64,000 nt of DNA from a virus. Positions within the stretch are counted from its first letter, which is position 1, and the number at the start of each line of letters is the position of its first letter. This document shows positions 6,920-15,801 of the stretch, one piece after another. Location of the stretch: IMG/VR virus record IMGVR_UViG_3300049172_000080, positions 1 through 64,000 of that record. One strand, given 5' to 3'. Made by a program: the position numbers and the translations under genes. The notes under the pieces were generated by a model. That model did no database searches. It was not told the origin of the DNA and saw only the letters and a list, made by a program, of their open reading frames with translations.

Positions 6920-8541
6920 CGGTCCAGCTTGCGCGAAGCGATGGTCACCGCGAGCAAGTCCGAGGCAAGGCCCGCCCGGATCCCGTCCGGCACGTTCTGA
7001 CCGGCGTATTTCAGCAGGCCGATCAGCTTCGGAGACGCGGGCTTTTTCCTCCAGGCCGCCGTCCGGGTCATGTTCAACTGGCTGCGGTCCGTGGCCTCCG
7101 TCTCCGCCCAGGCCATCGCCATGCCGAGGTCCAGGCCCTCGTGCAGCCGCTCCCAGTCCCCGCGCGGCGGGGCATAGGCGACGTCCCACTTCTCCTCGCC
7201 CTGCCGGGACGGCCACAGCAGCACTTCCCCGTTGTCGCCCACCGGGATGAACTGCACGCCTCCGGCAGTGCGCAGCCACGAGTAGGCAGCCGAAGCCTTG
7301 AACAGGTCGATGTCCCGGTGCGTCAGCTCGAACCGCAGGGAGCCGGCCGGGACCTTGGAGTCCTTGTAGGACTCCTCGCGTTCGTAGGCCTCGGCCAGCG
7401 TCTCGCCGTCCTTCACCTCCCGGATCTCAGCGCCCGGCTCCAGGTCCACCAGTGTGCACAGCGACCCACCTTCGCCGGCGAGGATGAGCACCTGCGCGTC
7501 CTGCTTGCCGGTGGCGGGAGAGGGCCGCAGCACGCGGCCGACCATCTGTATGAACAGCGGCTCGGACTTCGTCGGCCGGGCGATGACCGCGCAGTCCGCG
7601 AACGGGAAGTCGGCCCCCTCCGTCAAGACCATGCAGTTGACGAGCGTGCGCACCTCGCCGGTGCGGAACCGGCGGTAGACGCTCAGCCGCTCCTCGCGGG
7701 GCGTGCCGCCGTGCACGTACGCCGCGCTCGGCAGAGCCTCCGCCGTCGCCCGCGCGACCTCCACCGTCGGGGTGAAAACGATCGGGCTCCGACGGTCGGC
7801 CGCGTGTTCCTCCAGCACCTTGGCGATGATCTGAGGGCCGCCAGCCTCCATCAGCGCATCGCCAAGGGAGGACGCGGTGTAGTCGCCTCGGGACCGCTTG
7901 ACGTCCCCGAGGTGCAGAGTGTCCACGTCGATCAGCTTGGAGCTGACGTCGACCAGATGGCCCTTGGCCATGCCCCACAGCGGGGAGCGGGTGAAGACCG
8001 CGTCTTCCCAGACGTCCCCGAGGCCCTGGCCGTCGCCCCGGGCGAGGGTGGCGGTGAAGCCGACTGCCTTGGTCCCGGGCATCCCGCTGTAGCAGCCGAG
8101 AGCGGCGAGAATGTTGCGGTAGCTGATCGCGGCGGCATGATGACATTCGTCAACAATGACGAGGCCGACCTTGCCGCACTTCTCCTGCGAGTCGACCAGG
8201 CGGTGCAGCCGGGCCTCACGGGCGAGGGTCTGTACCGAGCAGACCATGACGTCGGCAGCGACGTTGTCGGCCGCCGCCTTCACCTTGCCCGTGAACAGAC
8301 TCGGTTCGGTCTGCTTCAGCTTGTTCAGCGTCTGGTCGGCCAGCTCGTCGCGGTGCACGAGGATGACGACGCGCGTGCCCTCGGCTGCGATGTGCTCGGC
8401 GGCCAGGCGCGAGAAGATGATGGTCTTGCCGAGGCCGGTGGCCAACACGGCAGCCGGCCTCTGCATTCCGTCGGCCCATGCGGCCTGGAGAGCGGCGATG
8501 GCCTCGCGCTGATAGTCGCGCAGGGCGATGGTCTGGCTCAC
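6892..8541 (-). CDS. superfamily 2 DNA helicase (DEAD/DEAH-like)
   Basis: YQREAI..LATGLGKT (Walker A), VIVDECHH (motif II), TAT, later GADFP/ARPT motifs; 549 aa. Confidence 0.9.
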   Translation of the reverse strand: MSQTIALRDYQREAIAALQAAWADGMQRPAAVLATGLGKTIIFSRLAAEHIAAEGTRVVILVHRDELADQTLNKLKQTEPSLFTGKVKAAADNVAADVMVCSVQTLAREARLHRLVDSQEKCGKVGLVIVDECHHAAAISYRNILAALGCYSGMPGTKAVGFTATLARGDGQGLGDVWEDAVFTRSPLWGMAKGHLVDVSSKLIDVDTLHLGDVKRSRGDYTASSLGDALMEAGGPQIIAKVLEEHAADRRSPIVFTPTVEVARATAEALPSAAYVHGGTPREERLSVYRRFRTGEVRTLVNCMVLTEGADFPFADCAVIARPTKSEPLFIQMVGRVLRPSPATGKQDAQVLILAGEGGSLCTLVDLEPGAEIREVKDGETLAEAYEREESYKDSKVPAGSLRFELTHRDIDLFKASAAYSWLRTAGGVQFIPVGDNGEVLLWPSRQGEEKWDVAYAPPRGDWERLHEGLDLGMAMAWAETEATDRSQLNMTRTAAWRKKPASPKLIGLLKYAGQNVPDGIRAGLASDLLAVTIASRKLDRFLPRTSGV

Positions 8542-9038
8542 GTCGGCTCACCCCCTTCGGCTTCCGCGTCCATGTCGGCAAGGGCCGCGAGGAGTTCCGA
8601 GTTCCGGATGCGCCCCCGGCCGACGAGGTCCGCCGCCCGGCGGATCAGAGTGAAGTCGTAGTCCTGGTCGTCCACGCCACCGTGACGTCCCTGCGCGTCG
8701 TACCCCTTCGGCCAGTAGCCCTCTTCCAACAGGCCGGTGAATGCCCGCAGGACGAAGTCAGCGACCTCACGGGACATGGTCAGGTCCGGAGCGAACGGGT
8801 TCTCGTCGACCGGCCCCGGCTCCGCCTTGTCCAGCTCGGCGTCCACGCCGCGCTTCCACTCCTCGAACACGGCACGCGTGGCCCCACCGGCCCGAAGGTC
8901 GTCCGGGATCCTCACGCCCCGGTACGTCTCGGGCCCTTCGATGGACGGGTCCTCCGGCTGGGTCTTCAGCCGCTGCACGTGGTCGGGGCTGAGCGAGTCG
9001 AGCAGGCCCAGCAGCTTGCGGTCGTCGGGTGTGCTCAT
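8538..9038 (-). CDS. hypothetical protein
   Basis: 166-aa ORF, 4-nt overlap with the helicase start; coding-like composition. Confidence 0.7.
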   Translation of the reverse strand: MSTPDDRKLLGLLDSLSPDHVQRLKTQPEDPSIEGPETYRGVRIPDDLRAGGATRAVFEEWKRGVDAELDKAEPGPVDENPFAPDLTMSREVADFVLRAFTGLLEEGYWPKGYDAQGRHGGVDDQDYDFTLIRRAADLVGRGRIRNSELLAALADMDAEAEGGEPT

Positions 9039-9283
9039 CAGTCTTCCTCCCCGGCATCCCGGTTCAGCGCATCGCGCAGTTCGCTGTAGTCCGGACCGCC
9101 GCGCAAGCCCAGCAGCGTGTAAATCTCCGTGACGTGGAGCATCTCGGACCTGGGCGAATTAGGGGCCGGGTATGCCGTTTCCTTGCCGCACTGCTCAAGC
9201 AGGCGGTCCACGGCCCGGCGCAGCTCCGCCTCCGGGAGTGCCAGCGCGCGGGCGCGCAGTTCGTGGTTGTAGTCCTCGCTCAT
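9038..9283 (-). CDS. hypothetical protein
   Basis: ORF 9038..9643 trimmed to ATG 9283 (the upstream part reads as Arg/Gly/Pro junk); 81 aa. Confidence 0.6.
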   Translation of the reverse strand: MSEDYNHELRARALALPEAELRRAVDRLLEQCGKETAYPAPNSPRSEMLHVTEIYTLLGLRGGPDYSELRDALNRDAGEED

Positions 9284-9612
9284 GCGGCTTGCGCTCCCTC
9301 GAAGTTCTCCACCGCGCGGATCCACGCCGTCTGCGCCGGCGCCGCCGCGATCCAGGTGTCGATCCTGTGACTGACGATGAGGTGCTCCCACAGGTCGGCG
9401 AAGTGCTTGCCGTCGTCCGGCCCGTCGCAGGGGAACGGCGTGGGGCAGTGCGGGCAGCGCACCTTGGGGCCGGCCGGCATGACCGAAGCCAGCGCCTCGT
9501 ACCGCAGGTCTTCCAGCGTCCGGCGCAGGGGCGCGTCCTCCGGGGAACCGAGCACGGTCCCGGAGCCGATGAGGTTCAGTGCCGCCGCGTAGGCGGTCTC
9601 TTCCTTGGTCAT
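9280..9612 (-). CDS. hypothetical protein
   Basis: Start at ATG 9612 preceded by GGGAGGA; 110 aa; 4-nt overlap with the next gene; contains CPHCPTPFPC. Confidence 0.6.
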   Translation of the reverse strand: MTKEETAYAAALNLIGSGTVLGSPEDAPLRRTLEDLRYEALASVMPAGPKVRCPHCPTPFPCDGPDDGKHFADLWEHLIVSHRIDTWIAAAPAQTAWIRAVENFEGAQAA

Positions 9613-9775
9613 GAGTCCGTGATCCTCCCAGCGGGGTGCACAATCACCGAACTCGCACCTCACAAGGGAGGTGCGGGGACTGCGACGTCACCCCATCCGC
9701 GCCCGGCGTCCCGGGATTCCTTGGTCAGTGGTCGGCGGGGCGTCGTCGCGCCCCTATGTCCAGTATGGTACCCGT

Positions 9776-9825
9776 CGTGTAATCGTGTGTAAACGCGGGT
9801 ATCGTTGCTACACGTACTTACACAC
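9776..9825. promoter_or_regulatory. operator-like array of four CGTGTA(A) half-sites in the divergent early control region
   Basis: CGTGTAA (9776-9782) and CGTGTGTAA (9784-9792) face TACACG (9809-9814) and TTACACAC (9818-9825). Confidence 0.45.
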
Positions 9826-9840
9826 CATCAAGGAGGAGCA

Positions 9841-10065
9841 GTGGAAGAGTTCCTGACGGTCGCACAGGTGGCGGACCTCGCGGAGGTGCATCCGGGGTCC
9901 GTGTACCGGTGGCTGGACGATCCGGACGTGCCGCTGACCAAGCACAAGACGGCCAACGGCCGCGTCCGCATCCCCCGGGCCGAGGCCGAAACGTGGGTCC
10001 GGCTGCGCAACACGCCCGTCGTCGTCTCTGCCGCCTCCCCGGCCGTCTCGGGCGTCGGTGCGTGA
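9841..10065 (+). CDS. excisionase/MerR-type helix-turn-helix DNA-binding protein
   Basis: GTG 9841 preceded by AAGGAGGAG; LTVAQVADLAEVHPGSVYRWL..GRVRIPRAEAETW matches the Xis-family HTH pattern. Confidence 0.7.
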   Translation: MEEFLTVAQVADLAEVHPGSVYRWLDDPDVPLTKHKTANGRVRIPRAEAETWVRLRNTPVVVSAASPAVSGVGA

Positions 10066-10550
10066 TGAGCAACGGCCTGTACCAGACGGTCAAGCCGATA
10101 CCCACCACCGTGCACGGGGTCACCACCCGCTCACGGCTGGAAGCCCGCTGGATCCTGTTCTTCGAACACGCGCGTATCCCGTGGGAGTACGAGCCGGAGG
10201 CGTACCGCATCGGCACCCGGGGGTACCTGCCGGACTTCCGCATCAGGCCCCACCGTGGCGCTGACCAGGCATGGATGGAGATAAAGCCGGTCGCAGATAC
10301 CTTTGACGACCCACGCTGGGCGGGCCTCGTCACCGGGACCGGCCTGATGCTGTTCACGGTGCGCGACATGCACCGTCGGGGAGACGTCTGCGGGCGGGAT
10401 CACACCGTCCGCGTCTGGCACCCGAGCGGCATGGTCGCCGACGTCCACCGTATGTGGACCGGCCCCGAGTTCCGGACGGCGTGGGAGGCGGCTCACGCCG
10501 CGCGATTCGACGGCCGGCGCCCGGCGGTCCGGAAGGGGAGGAGAGAGTAA
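10065..10550 (+). CDS. PD-(D/E)XK-fold nuclease-like protein
   Basis: ATGA overlap with the previous stop; SRLEARWILFFE..YLPDFRI..AWMEIKP gives an E..PD..E-x-K arrangement. Confidence 0.55.
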   Translation: MSNGLYQTVKPIPTTVHGVTTRSRLEARWILFFEHARIPWEYEPEAYRIGTRGYLPDFRIRPHRGADQAWMEIKPVADTFDDPRWAGLVTGTGLMLFTVRDMHRRGDVCGRDHTVRVWHPSGMVADVHRMWTGPEFRTAWEAAHAARFDGRRPAVRKGRRE

Positions 10551-10606
10551 GTGCCCAAGCCCCCGCAGACCAAGGAAGCAATGACCAAGGAATCGAGGAA
10601 TCAGGC

Positions 10607-13600
10607 ATGACCACCTACGTGGAAGCGAACGCGGGGCAGTTGTCCGATCACCACCGGGCAGAGCTGGACGCGAGCGAGATTGCCCCGGAAGTGCGCGACG
10701 CCCGGGGCTACGAGACCCTGTACTGCACCGACGAGGACAAGGCCAGGCTGCGTCAGGAGAAGATCCCGGTCTGGGCATGGCGTGAAGAGTCCGCCTTCCC
10801 GGGTCTGCTCCTGCCGATGTACCGAGTCACCGGCGAGCGCATCGGCGCCATGTTCAAGCCTGGCATTCCGCAGGCGTACAACGAGAAGAAGGTGAAGTAC
10901 GCGACCCCTGTGGGGAAGCCGCGTCTGGACATCCCGCCGTCGGTGGCGCACCTCGTCCGCCCCACCGACCTCCACATGCTTCGTGAGACTCCGCTGTGGA
11001 TCACGGAAGGCATCAAGAAGGCGGACGCGCTCGCGTCCAAGGGCATCGCCGCAGTCACGCTGTCCGGGGTCTACAACTGGCGCGGGACGCTCGGCACTCT
11101 CGGCGACTGGGAGGACGTTCCGCTCAAGGGCCGCAACGTGATCATCTGCTTCGATGCGGATGCGCGGCGCAAGTCCGACGTCCTCTCCGCCATGGTCCGC
11201 CTGGGCCGGTGGCTGGAGACCCGTCGGGCGGAGAACGTCTATTACCTGATCGTCCCCGAGGAAGTGAACGGGGTCGAGGTCAAGGGCGTGGACGACTACT
11301 TCCACGCAGGCGGTACGCTCCAGGGCCTGCGGGACGCGGCCACGCTGGAAGTGCCGTCCGACAACTCCCGGGACGCCGCGTTCAGCGACGCCGTCCTGGT
11401 CGAAACCGTGTGCATGGAGGCCCTGGAAGGGCACTACCGGTGGGCCTCTGGTCTCGGGTGGATGCGTTGGGACGGCAAGGTGTGGACCGAGTGCCCGGAC
11501 GCCCCGGTGCTGGAGGAGATCCGGCTGTGGGCCCGTGCAGGGTGGGACCGGACCCTGGAGGAAATGCGCGGGGGAAAGGATCTGCGTTCTCAACTGGACG
11601 GGTGGAAGAGCGCCCTTTCAGCTTCCAAGCTGGGCAACCTGCTGAAGCTGGCCCGGGGAGTCACCGGCATCCTGGCCGACGCAAACGACTTCGACTACGA
11701 CCCTGACGCGATCAACTGCCAGAACGGCATCCTGGACTTGCGTAGTGGAGTCCTCACCCCGCACGACCCCGACCGGCTGATGACGAAGATCACCAGCTGT
11801 GACTACGTGCCCGGCGCACGGCACGCCGACTGGGACAAGGCCCTGGAGGCCCTGCCAGAAGACGTACGCGGATGGTTCCAGGTACGCATGGGGCAGGCCA
11901 TCACAGGCCATATTCCGCCGGACGACATCATCCTGGTGGCTCAGGGCGGCGGCTCTAACGGCAAGTCAACCATCATGGACACGCTCGCCAACGCGGCCGG
12001 GGAGAAGAACGGCTATCACACGGTGGTGGCCCACAGGGCTCTGCTCGGCAACGCGAGCGACAACCACCCCACCGAGATGATGGATTTCATGGGGGCCCGG
12101 CTCGCGGTGCTGGAAGAGACCCCGGAAGCCAAACGGCTGGACGTCAACCGGGCAAAGCAGCTCGCGGGTACGAAGCAGATCAAAGCACGACGGATGCGCC
12201 AGGACCCGGTCACCTTCAACACGTCACACACGCTGGTCATCAACACAAACAACAAGCCTGTGGTCGACGAGACCGACCACGGCACCTGGCGACGCCTGGC
12301 GATGCTGTGCTTCCCGTTCACGTACCGCAAGCTAGGGGAGCCGTGCAAGGGGCCCAACGACCGGCCGGGGGACCCGACGCTGCGCCAGCGCGTAGCAACG
12401 AACGAGCGCGTCGCCGAGGCGGCCCTGGCATGGATGGTGGAGGGCGCCGGTAAGTGGTACGCAGCCGAGCAGATCATGGAGGCCCCTCCGGTCAGGATCG
12501 AGAGGGACACCCTGGAGTGGCGCAAGGAGTCGGACCTGGTGCTGAGCTTCATCGTGGACCACCTGGAGTTCGACTACAACAGCCACATCTACGCCCCGGA
12601 GCTGTTCGAGACGTTCAAAACGTTCCTCGCTGACAAGGGTCACCAGCCGTGGACGGACCGCACGTTTGTGGCCCGATTCGGAGGCCATGACGAGTGCGCG
12701 AAGAGCGCCGTGGCCCGGAAGCGGATTAGGCCCCGCGAGGGCCGGTCCACCCTCACGCCGCTGGTCGAACCGCCGAACCCCTACTGGGCCTGGCTCGGGG
12801 TCAAGTTCCGGGACCTCGACGAAAACCCGCAGCTCAACGAGGACGAGTCTGGCCCTGTACCGCCTGTACCGCCTACTCCCTATAACCCTGAAATCTCCCC
12901 CCGTATAGGAGGAACTGAAGGAGACGGTACAGGCGGTACAGCTCCTCAGCTTGACCCCAACGCGGACCCGTTCGGCGATGATCCTTTCGCGGAAACGGAG
13001 GCCGATCACGCGCCCCGTGCGACCACCATCCCGGCCCCGTCACCGTCCCCGGAGACCGTCCCGCCGCGCGCCGGTGGTTCCGTCGGGTTCGACCTGGAGA
13101 CCCACTCGGCCAAGCTGCTGTTCCGCCACAAGGATCTCGGCGGAGACCCGTACGTTCGGCTGGCCGGCTACGTCACCGAGGACGGCACGGAGGTCGTCGT
13201 CAACTCCGTGGCTGATCTGATCAAGCGGCTGGAGGATGCCGACGAGCTGTACGGGCACAACCTCCTCGGGTTCGACCTGCTCGCGCTCGCCGTCCACCAC
13301 GGCGCCGACTACGACAAGCTGGCAGCCAAGACGGTGGACACCCTGCGGTGGGAGCAGACCATCAACCCGCCCGGCGCCGCCCACGAGAAGCCGTGGGCGA
13401 CCAAGGGCTACTACGGCCTGGACTCCACGGCACAGCGGTACGGGGTCAACGGCAAGACCGACGACCTGGCCGCCCTCGCCTTCAAGCACGGCCCCGAAGA
13501 GGTCAACGGCCGCAAGCTGGACAAGGCCGAGCGCACCGACCTCGGGTACGGGCGTATCCCGGTCAACGAGCTGACCGTCTACTTCAGCGGCGACCTCCAG

Positions 13601-14950
13601 GCCACCCGGGGCGTGCGGCGCGCCCTGGGCGAGCCGACGGACTACGTCCGGCGCGAGATGCGCGTGGCTCACCTCCAGCACCGGCCGACCCTGACCGGCT
13701 GGAAGGTCGACGTTCCGGTCCTGCGCGAGCTGGTCGACGCGGAGGCGGCCAAGCGGCAGGAGTCCCTGGAGTGGCTGCACGAGAACTGCGGCGTGCCGCT
13801 GACCGAAACCGTCGGCAAGGGCCGGGGCAAGAACCGAGTCTTCACGGAGGTTCCCCGGAAGTCCCCGCTGGCGTCCAACGAGGGCCGCGCAGCGCTCATC
13901 CGGGCTTTCCAGGACCGGGGTCTCCCGTACTACCTCAAAACGGAGTCAGGTGTCATCAGTCTGAGTAAGGACGCGCTGGGTGAGTCGTCGTACATGGTCG
14001 GCAAGGGTGCGGGGGGTCGCGAGGTACCGGCTCTGCTGAACCCGAACCGGCGCCCGTACCACCCGGACGCAGACTGGGCGGGGATTGAGGAGATGGCAGG
14101 GCACATCGTCACCGTGACATCCTCGGTCCAGAAGTACCAGGAGATCATGGACCATCTCGTCGGCGACCGGATCCACCCGCAGGTCGGCGACCTCCAGGGC
14201 TCCGGCCGGTGGGCGTACGTGCGTCCGTCGGTTACCAACATGGCCAAGCGCGGCGGCAAGGTCCACCAGCGCCGACCGCTCATCGCCGACGACGGTCACC
14301 TGCTGATCTGCTTCGACCTGGACCAGGTCGACATGCGCGCCATCGCCGGCCACTGCCAGGACCCGGCGTACATGGCGAACTTTGCGCCCGGGGCCGACGC
14401 GCACAGCATGATTGCCAACGCGGTGTTCGGTAGGGCCGACGGCGAGTGGCGCGACAACGCCAAGAAGATCGGTCACGGCTGGAACTACGGCATGGGTGTG
14501 AAGGGCATCGCCAACTCCGGCGTTGAGCTGGAACTGGCCCAGAAGTTCGACGACCAGATGAACGCGCAGTACCCCGGACTGTGCGCCTGGAGGACCGAAG
14601 TCCGCGAGCGGGGCGCGGCCGGACAGATGCTGGACAACGGCTTCGGCCGGCTCATGCGCTGCAACCCCGACCGCGCCTGGACGCAGGCCCCGGCCCTCAT
14701 GGGTCAGGGCGGCGCCCGGGACATCATGTGCGAGGCGCTGCTGCGGCTCGTCGACCGGGCCCCGGAGGCTACGGAGTGGCTGCGCTGCGTCGTGCACGAC
14801 GAAGTCGTCCTGTGCGTCCCCGAGCACCGCGTGGAGGAGATCACAGCCACCGTGCTCGACGCGTTCACCTTCAGCTTCAAAGGCGTACCGATCACGGCCG
14901 GCGCGAGCAAGGCTTCGGTGACGTGGTCCGGCTGCTACGCGAAGGACTGA
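10607..14950 (+). CDS. Toprim primase / D5-P4-type helicase / family A DNA polymerase in one ORF
   Basis: Toprim WITEGIKKAD..VIICFDADARR; P-loop VAQGGGSNGKST; Walker B LAVLEET; linker 12840-13070; exo GFDLETHS and LYGHNLLGFDL; pol motifs ICFDLDQVDMR, KKIGHGWNYGMG, VVHDEVV; no stop between the modules. Confidence 0.85.
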   Translation: MTTYVEANAGQLSDHHRAELDASEIAPEVRDARGYETLYCTDEDKARLRQEKIPVWAWREESAFPGLLLPMYRVTGERIGAMFKPGIPQAYNEKKVKYATPVGKPRLDIPPSVAHLVRPTDLHMLRETPLWITEGIKKADALASKGIAAVTLSGVYNWRGTLGTLGDWEDVPLKGRNVIICFDADARRKSDVLSAMVRLGRWLETRRAENVYYLIVPEEVNGVEVKGVDDYFHAGGTLQGLRDAATLEVPSDNSRDAAFSDAVLVETVCMEALEGHYRWASGLGWMRWDGKVWTECPDAPVLEEIRLWARAGWDRTLEEMRGGKDLRSQLDGWKSALSASKLGNLLKLARGVTGILADANDFDYDPDAINCQNGILDLRSGVLTPHDPDRLMTKITSCDYVPGARHADWDKALEALPEDVRGWFQVRMGQAITGHIPPDDIILVAQGGGSNGKSTIMDTLANAAGEKNGYHTVVAHRALLGNASDNHPTEMMDFMGARLAVLEETPEAKRLDVNRAKQLAGTKQIKARRMRQDPVTFNTSHTLVINTNNKPVVDETDHGTWRRLAMLCFPFTYRKLGEPCKGPNDRPGDPTLRQRVATNERVAEAALAWMVEGAGKWYAAEQIMEAPPVRIERDTLEWRKESDLVLSFIVDHLEFDYNSHIYAPELFETFKTFLADKGHQPWTDRTFVARFGGHDECAKSAVARKRIRPREGRSTLTPLVEPPNPYWAWLGVKFRDLDENPQLNEDESGPVPPVPPTPYNPEISPRIGGTEGDGTGGTAPQLDPNADPFGDDPFAETEADHAPRATTIPAPSPSPETVPPRAGGSVGFDLETHSAKLLFRHKDLGGDPYVRLAGYVTEDGTEVVVNSVADLIKRLEDADELYGHNLLGFDLLALAVHHGADYDKLAAKTVDTLRWEQTINPPGAAHEKPWATKGYYGLDSTAQRYGVNGKTDDLAALAFKHGPEEVNGRKLDKAERTDLGYGRIPVNELTVYFSGDLQATRGVRRALGEPTDYVRREMRVAHLQHRPTLTGWKVDVPVLRELVDAEAAKRQESLEWLHENCGVPLTETVGKGRGKNRVFTEVPRKSPLASNEGRAALIRAFQDRGLPYYLKTESGVISLSKDALGESSYMVGKGAGGREVPALLNPNRRPYHPDADWAGIEEMAGHIVTVTSSVQKYQEIMDHLVGDRIHPQVGDLQGSGRWAYVRPSVTNMAKRGGKVHQRRPLIADDGHLLICFDLDQVDMRAIAGHCQDPAYMANFAPGADAHSMIANAVFGRADGEWRDNAKKIGHGWNYGMGVKGIANSGVELELAQKFDDQMNAQYPGLCAWRTEVRERGAAGQMLDNGFGRLMRCNPDRAWTQAPALMGQGGARDIMCEALLRLVDRAPEATEWLRCVVHDEVVLCVPEHRVEEITATVLDAFTFSFKGVPITAGASKASVTWSGCYAKD
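12855..12941. repeat. 87-bp IR-flanked element, copy B (inside the primase-polymerase linker)
   Basis: CTGTACCGCCTGTACCGCC (12855-12873) and its near-perfect inverse GACGGTACAGGCGGTACAG (12923-12941); core TAACCCTGAAATCTCCCCCCGTATAGG resembles copy A at 61096-61180. Confidence 0.6.
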
Positions 14951-14955
14951 CGGCC

Positions 14956-15165
14956 ATGGCTGACGTGATCGAGTGTCCCCTGTGCGGGGACCTGGTGGAT
15001 ACGGGCCGGATGGACGATTCGCTCAAGGGATCGCACGTCCCGGGGCACGGGCCTGCCGCATGGCGGCTGTGCGAAGCCTCGGGCCTGTACATCGATGAGG
15101 CCCTGGCCATAGCCATCCTGCGGGCCGAGGGTGGCGAGCGACTGCGCCTGGCGGCTCACCCGTAG
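14956..15165 (+). CDS. small zinc-ribbon-like protein
   Basis: 69 aa from ATG 14956; CPLCGD motif; follows the polymerase stop by 5 nt. Confidence 0.55.
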   Translation: MADVIECPLCGDLVDTGRMDDSLKGSHVPGHGPAAWRLCEASGLYIDEALAIAILRAEGGERLRLAAHP

Positions 15166-15192
15166 ACGCGGCGCCGGGACAGCTCCGAGGGG

Positions 15193-15227
15193 TTGTCCCG
15201 GCACCCTGGCCATGGTTTAATTAAATC
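15193..15227 (+). promoter_or_regulatory. consensus early promoter with embedded AT-rich dyad
   Basis: TTGTCC (15193-15198), 17-nt spacer ending CATGG, TTTAAT (15216-15221); dyad GGTTTAATTAAATC 15214-15227; GACCAAGGAA leader at 15254. Confidence 0.7.
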
Positions 15228-15273
15228 GAAGGGTTCGGCGGTCGCCGCGCCCCGACCAAGGAAGGCGGAACGC

Positions 15274-15801
15274 ATGAGCACCGACTACAACCTCGGCGCC
15301 CTTGTCTACGGCATGGACCGCATTGAGAAGGCCCGGAAGACCATCGAGCGCCGTCGGTACACCAACAAGGTGGGTAACGACTGGACCCTCGGCGAGCCCG
15401 GCATGGAGCACCCGAAGGTTGTCGGCGTTACCGCGCAGGCGGTGCTCGACTACAGCGACGACGGTCAGCGCTTTCAGGTGAACGGCTACACCTACGGCGG
15501 ACACCACCTCTACCGTCGGGAGTTCGCGTCCCTGGACGCGGCTCTGCGCAACGGCTCTCGGGTGGCCAACGACGGCCCGACTCCGGCCGAGCGCGTGGAA
15601 GCGTGGAACCTGACGTACCCCGAGGGCCAGCCGGTGCGCTACTGGACCGGAGCACGCGAGGGCGCCGGGGAGACGGGGCGCACCCGCAGCGCGGCGTGGG
15701 TCGCCGAGGGCCACACCGCCGTCGTCCGGGTCACCGGTCACGGCGCCTGGATCGTCCTGACCCACGTCGACCCGATCCCGGAGACGGAGGTCCCGGCATG
15801 A
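15274..15801 (+). CDS. hypothetical protein
   Basis: 175 aa from ATG 15274 after the GACCAAGGAA leader; no domain recognised. Confidence 0.7.
   Translation: MSTDYNLGALVYGMDRIEKARKTIERRRYTNKVGNDWTLGEPGMEHPKVVGVTAQAVLDYSDDGQRFQVNGYTYGGHHLYRREFASLDAALRNGSRVANDGPTPAERVEAWNLTYPEGQPVRYWTGAREGAGETGRTRSAAWVAEGHTAVVRVTGHGAWIVLTHVDPIPETEVPA

Noticed and set aside
9601-9612. TTCCTTGGTCAT (reverse complement ATGACCAAGGAA) as another copy of the GACCAAGGAA leader
   Set aside because: Here the motif is the coding sequence itself (Met-Thr-Lys-Glu at the start of gene 9280-9612), not an upstream leader. It was not counted.
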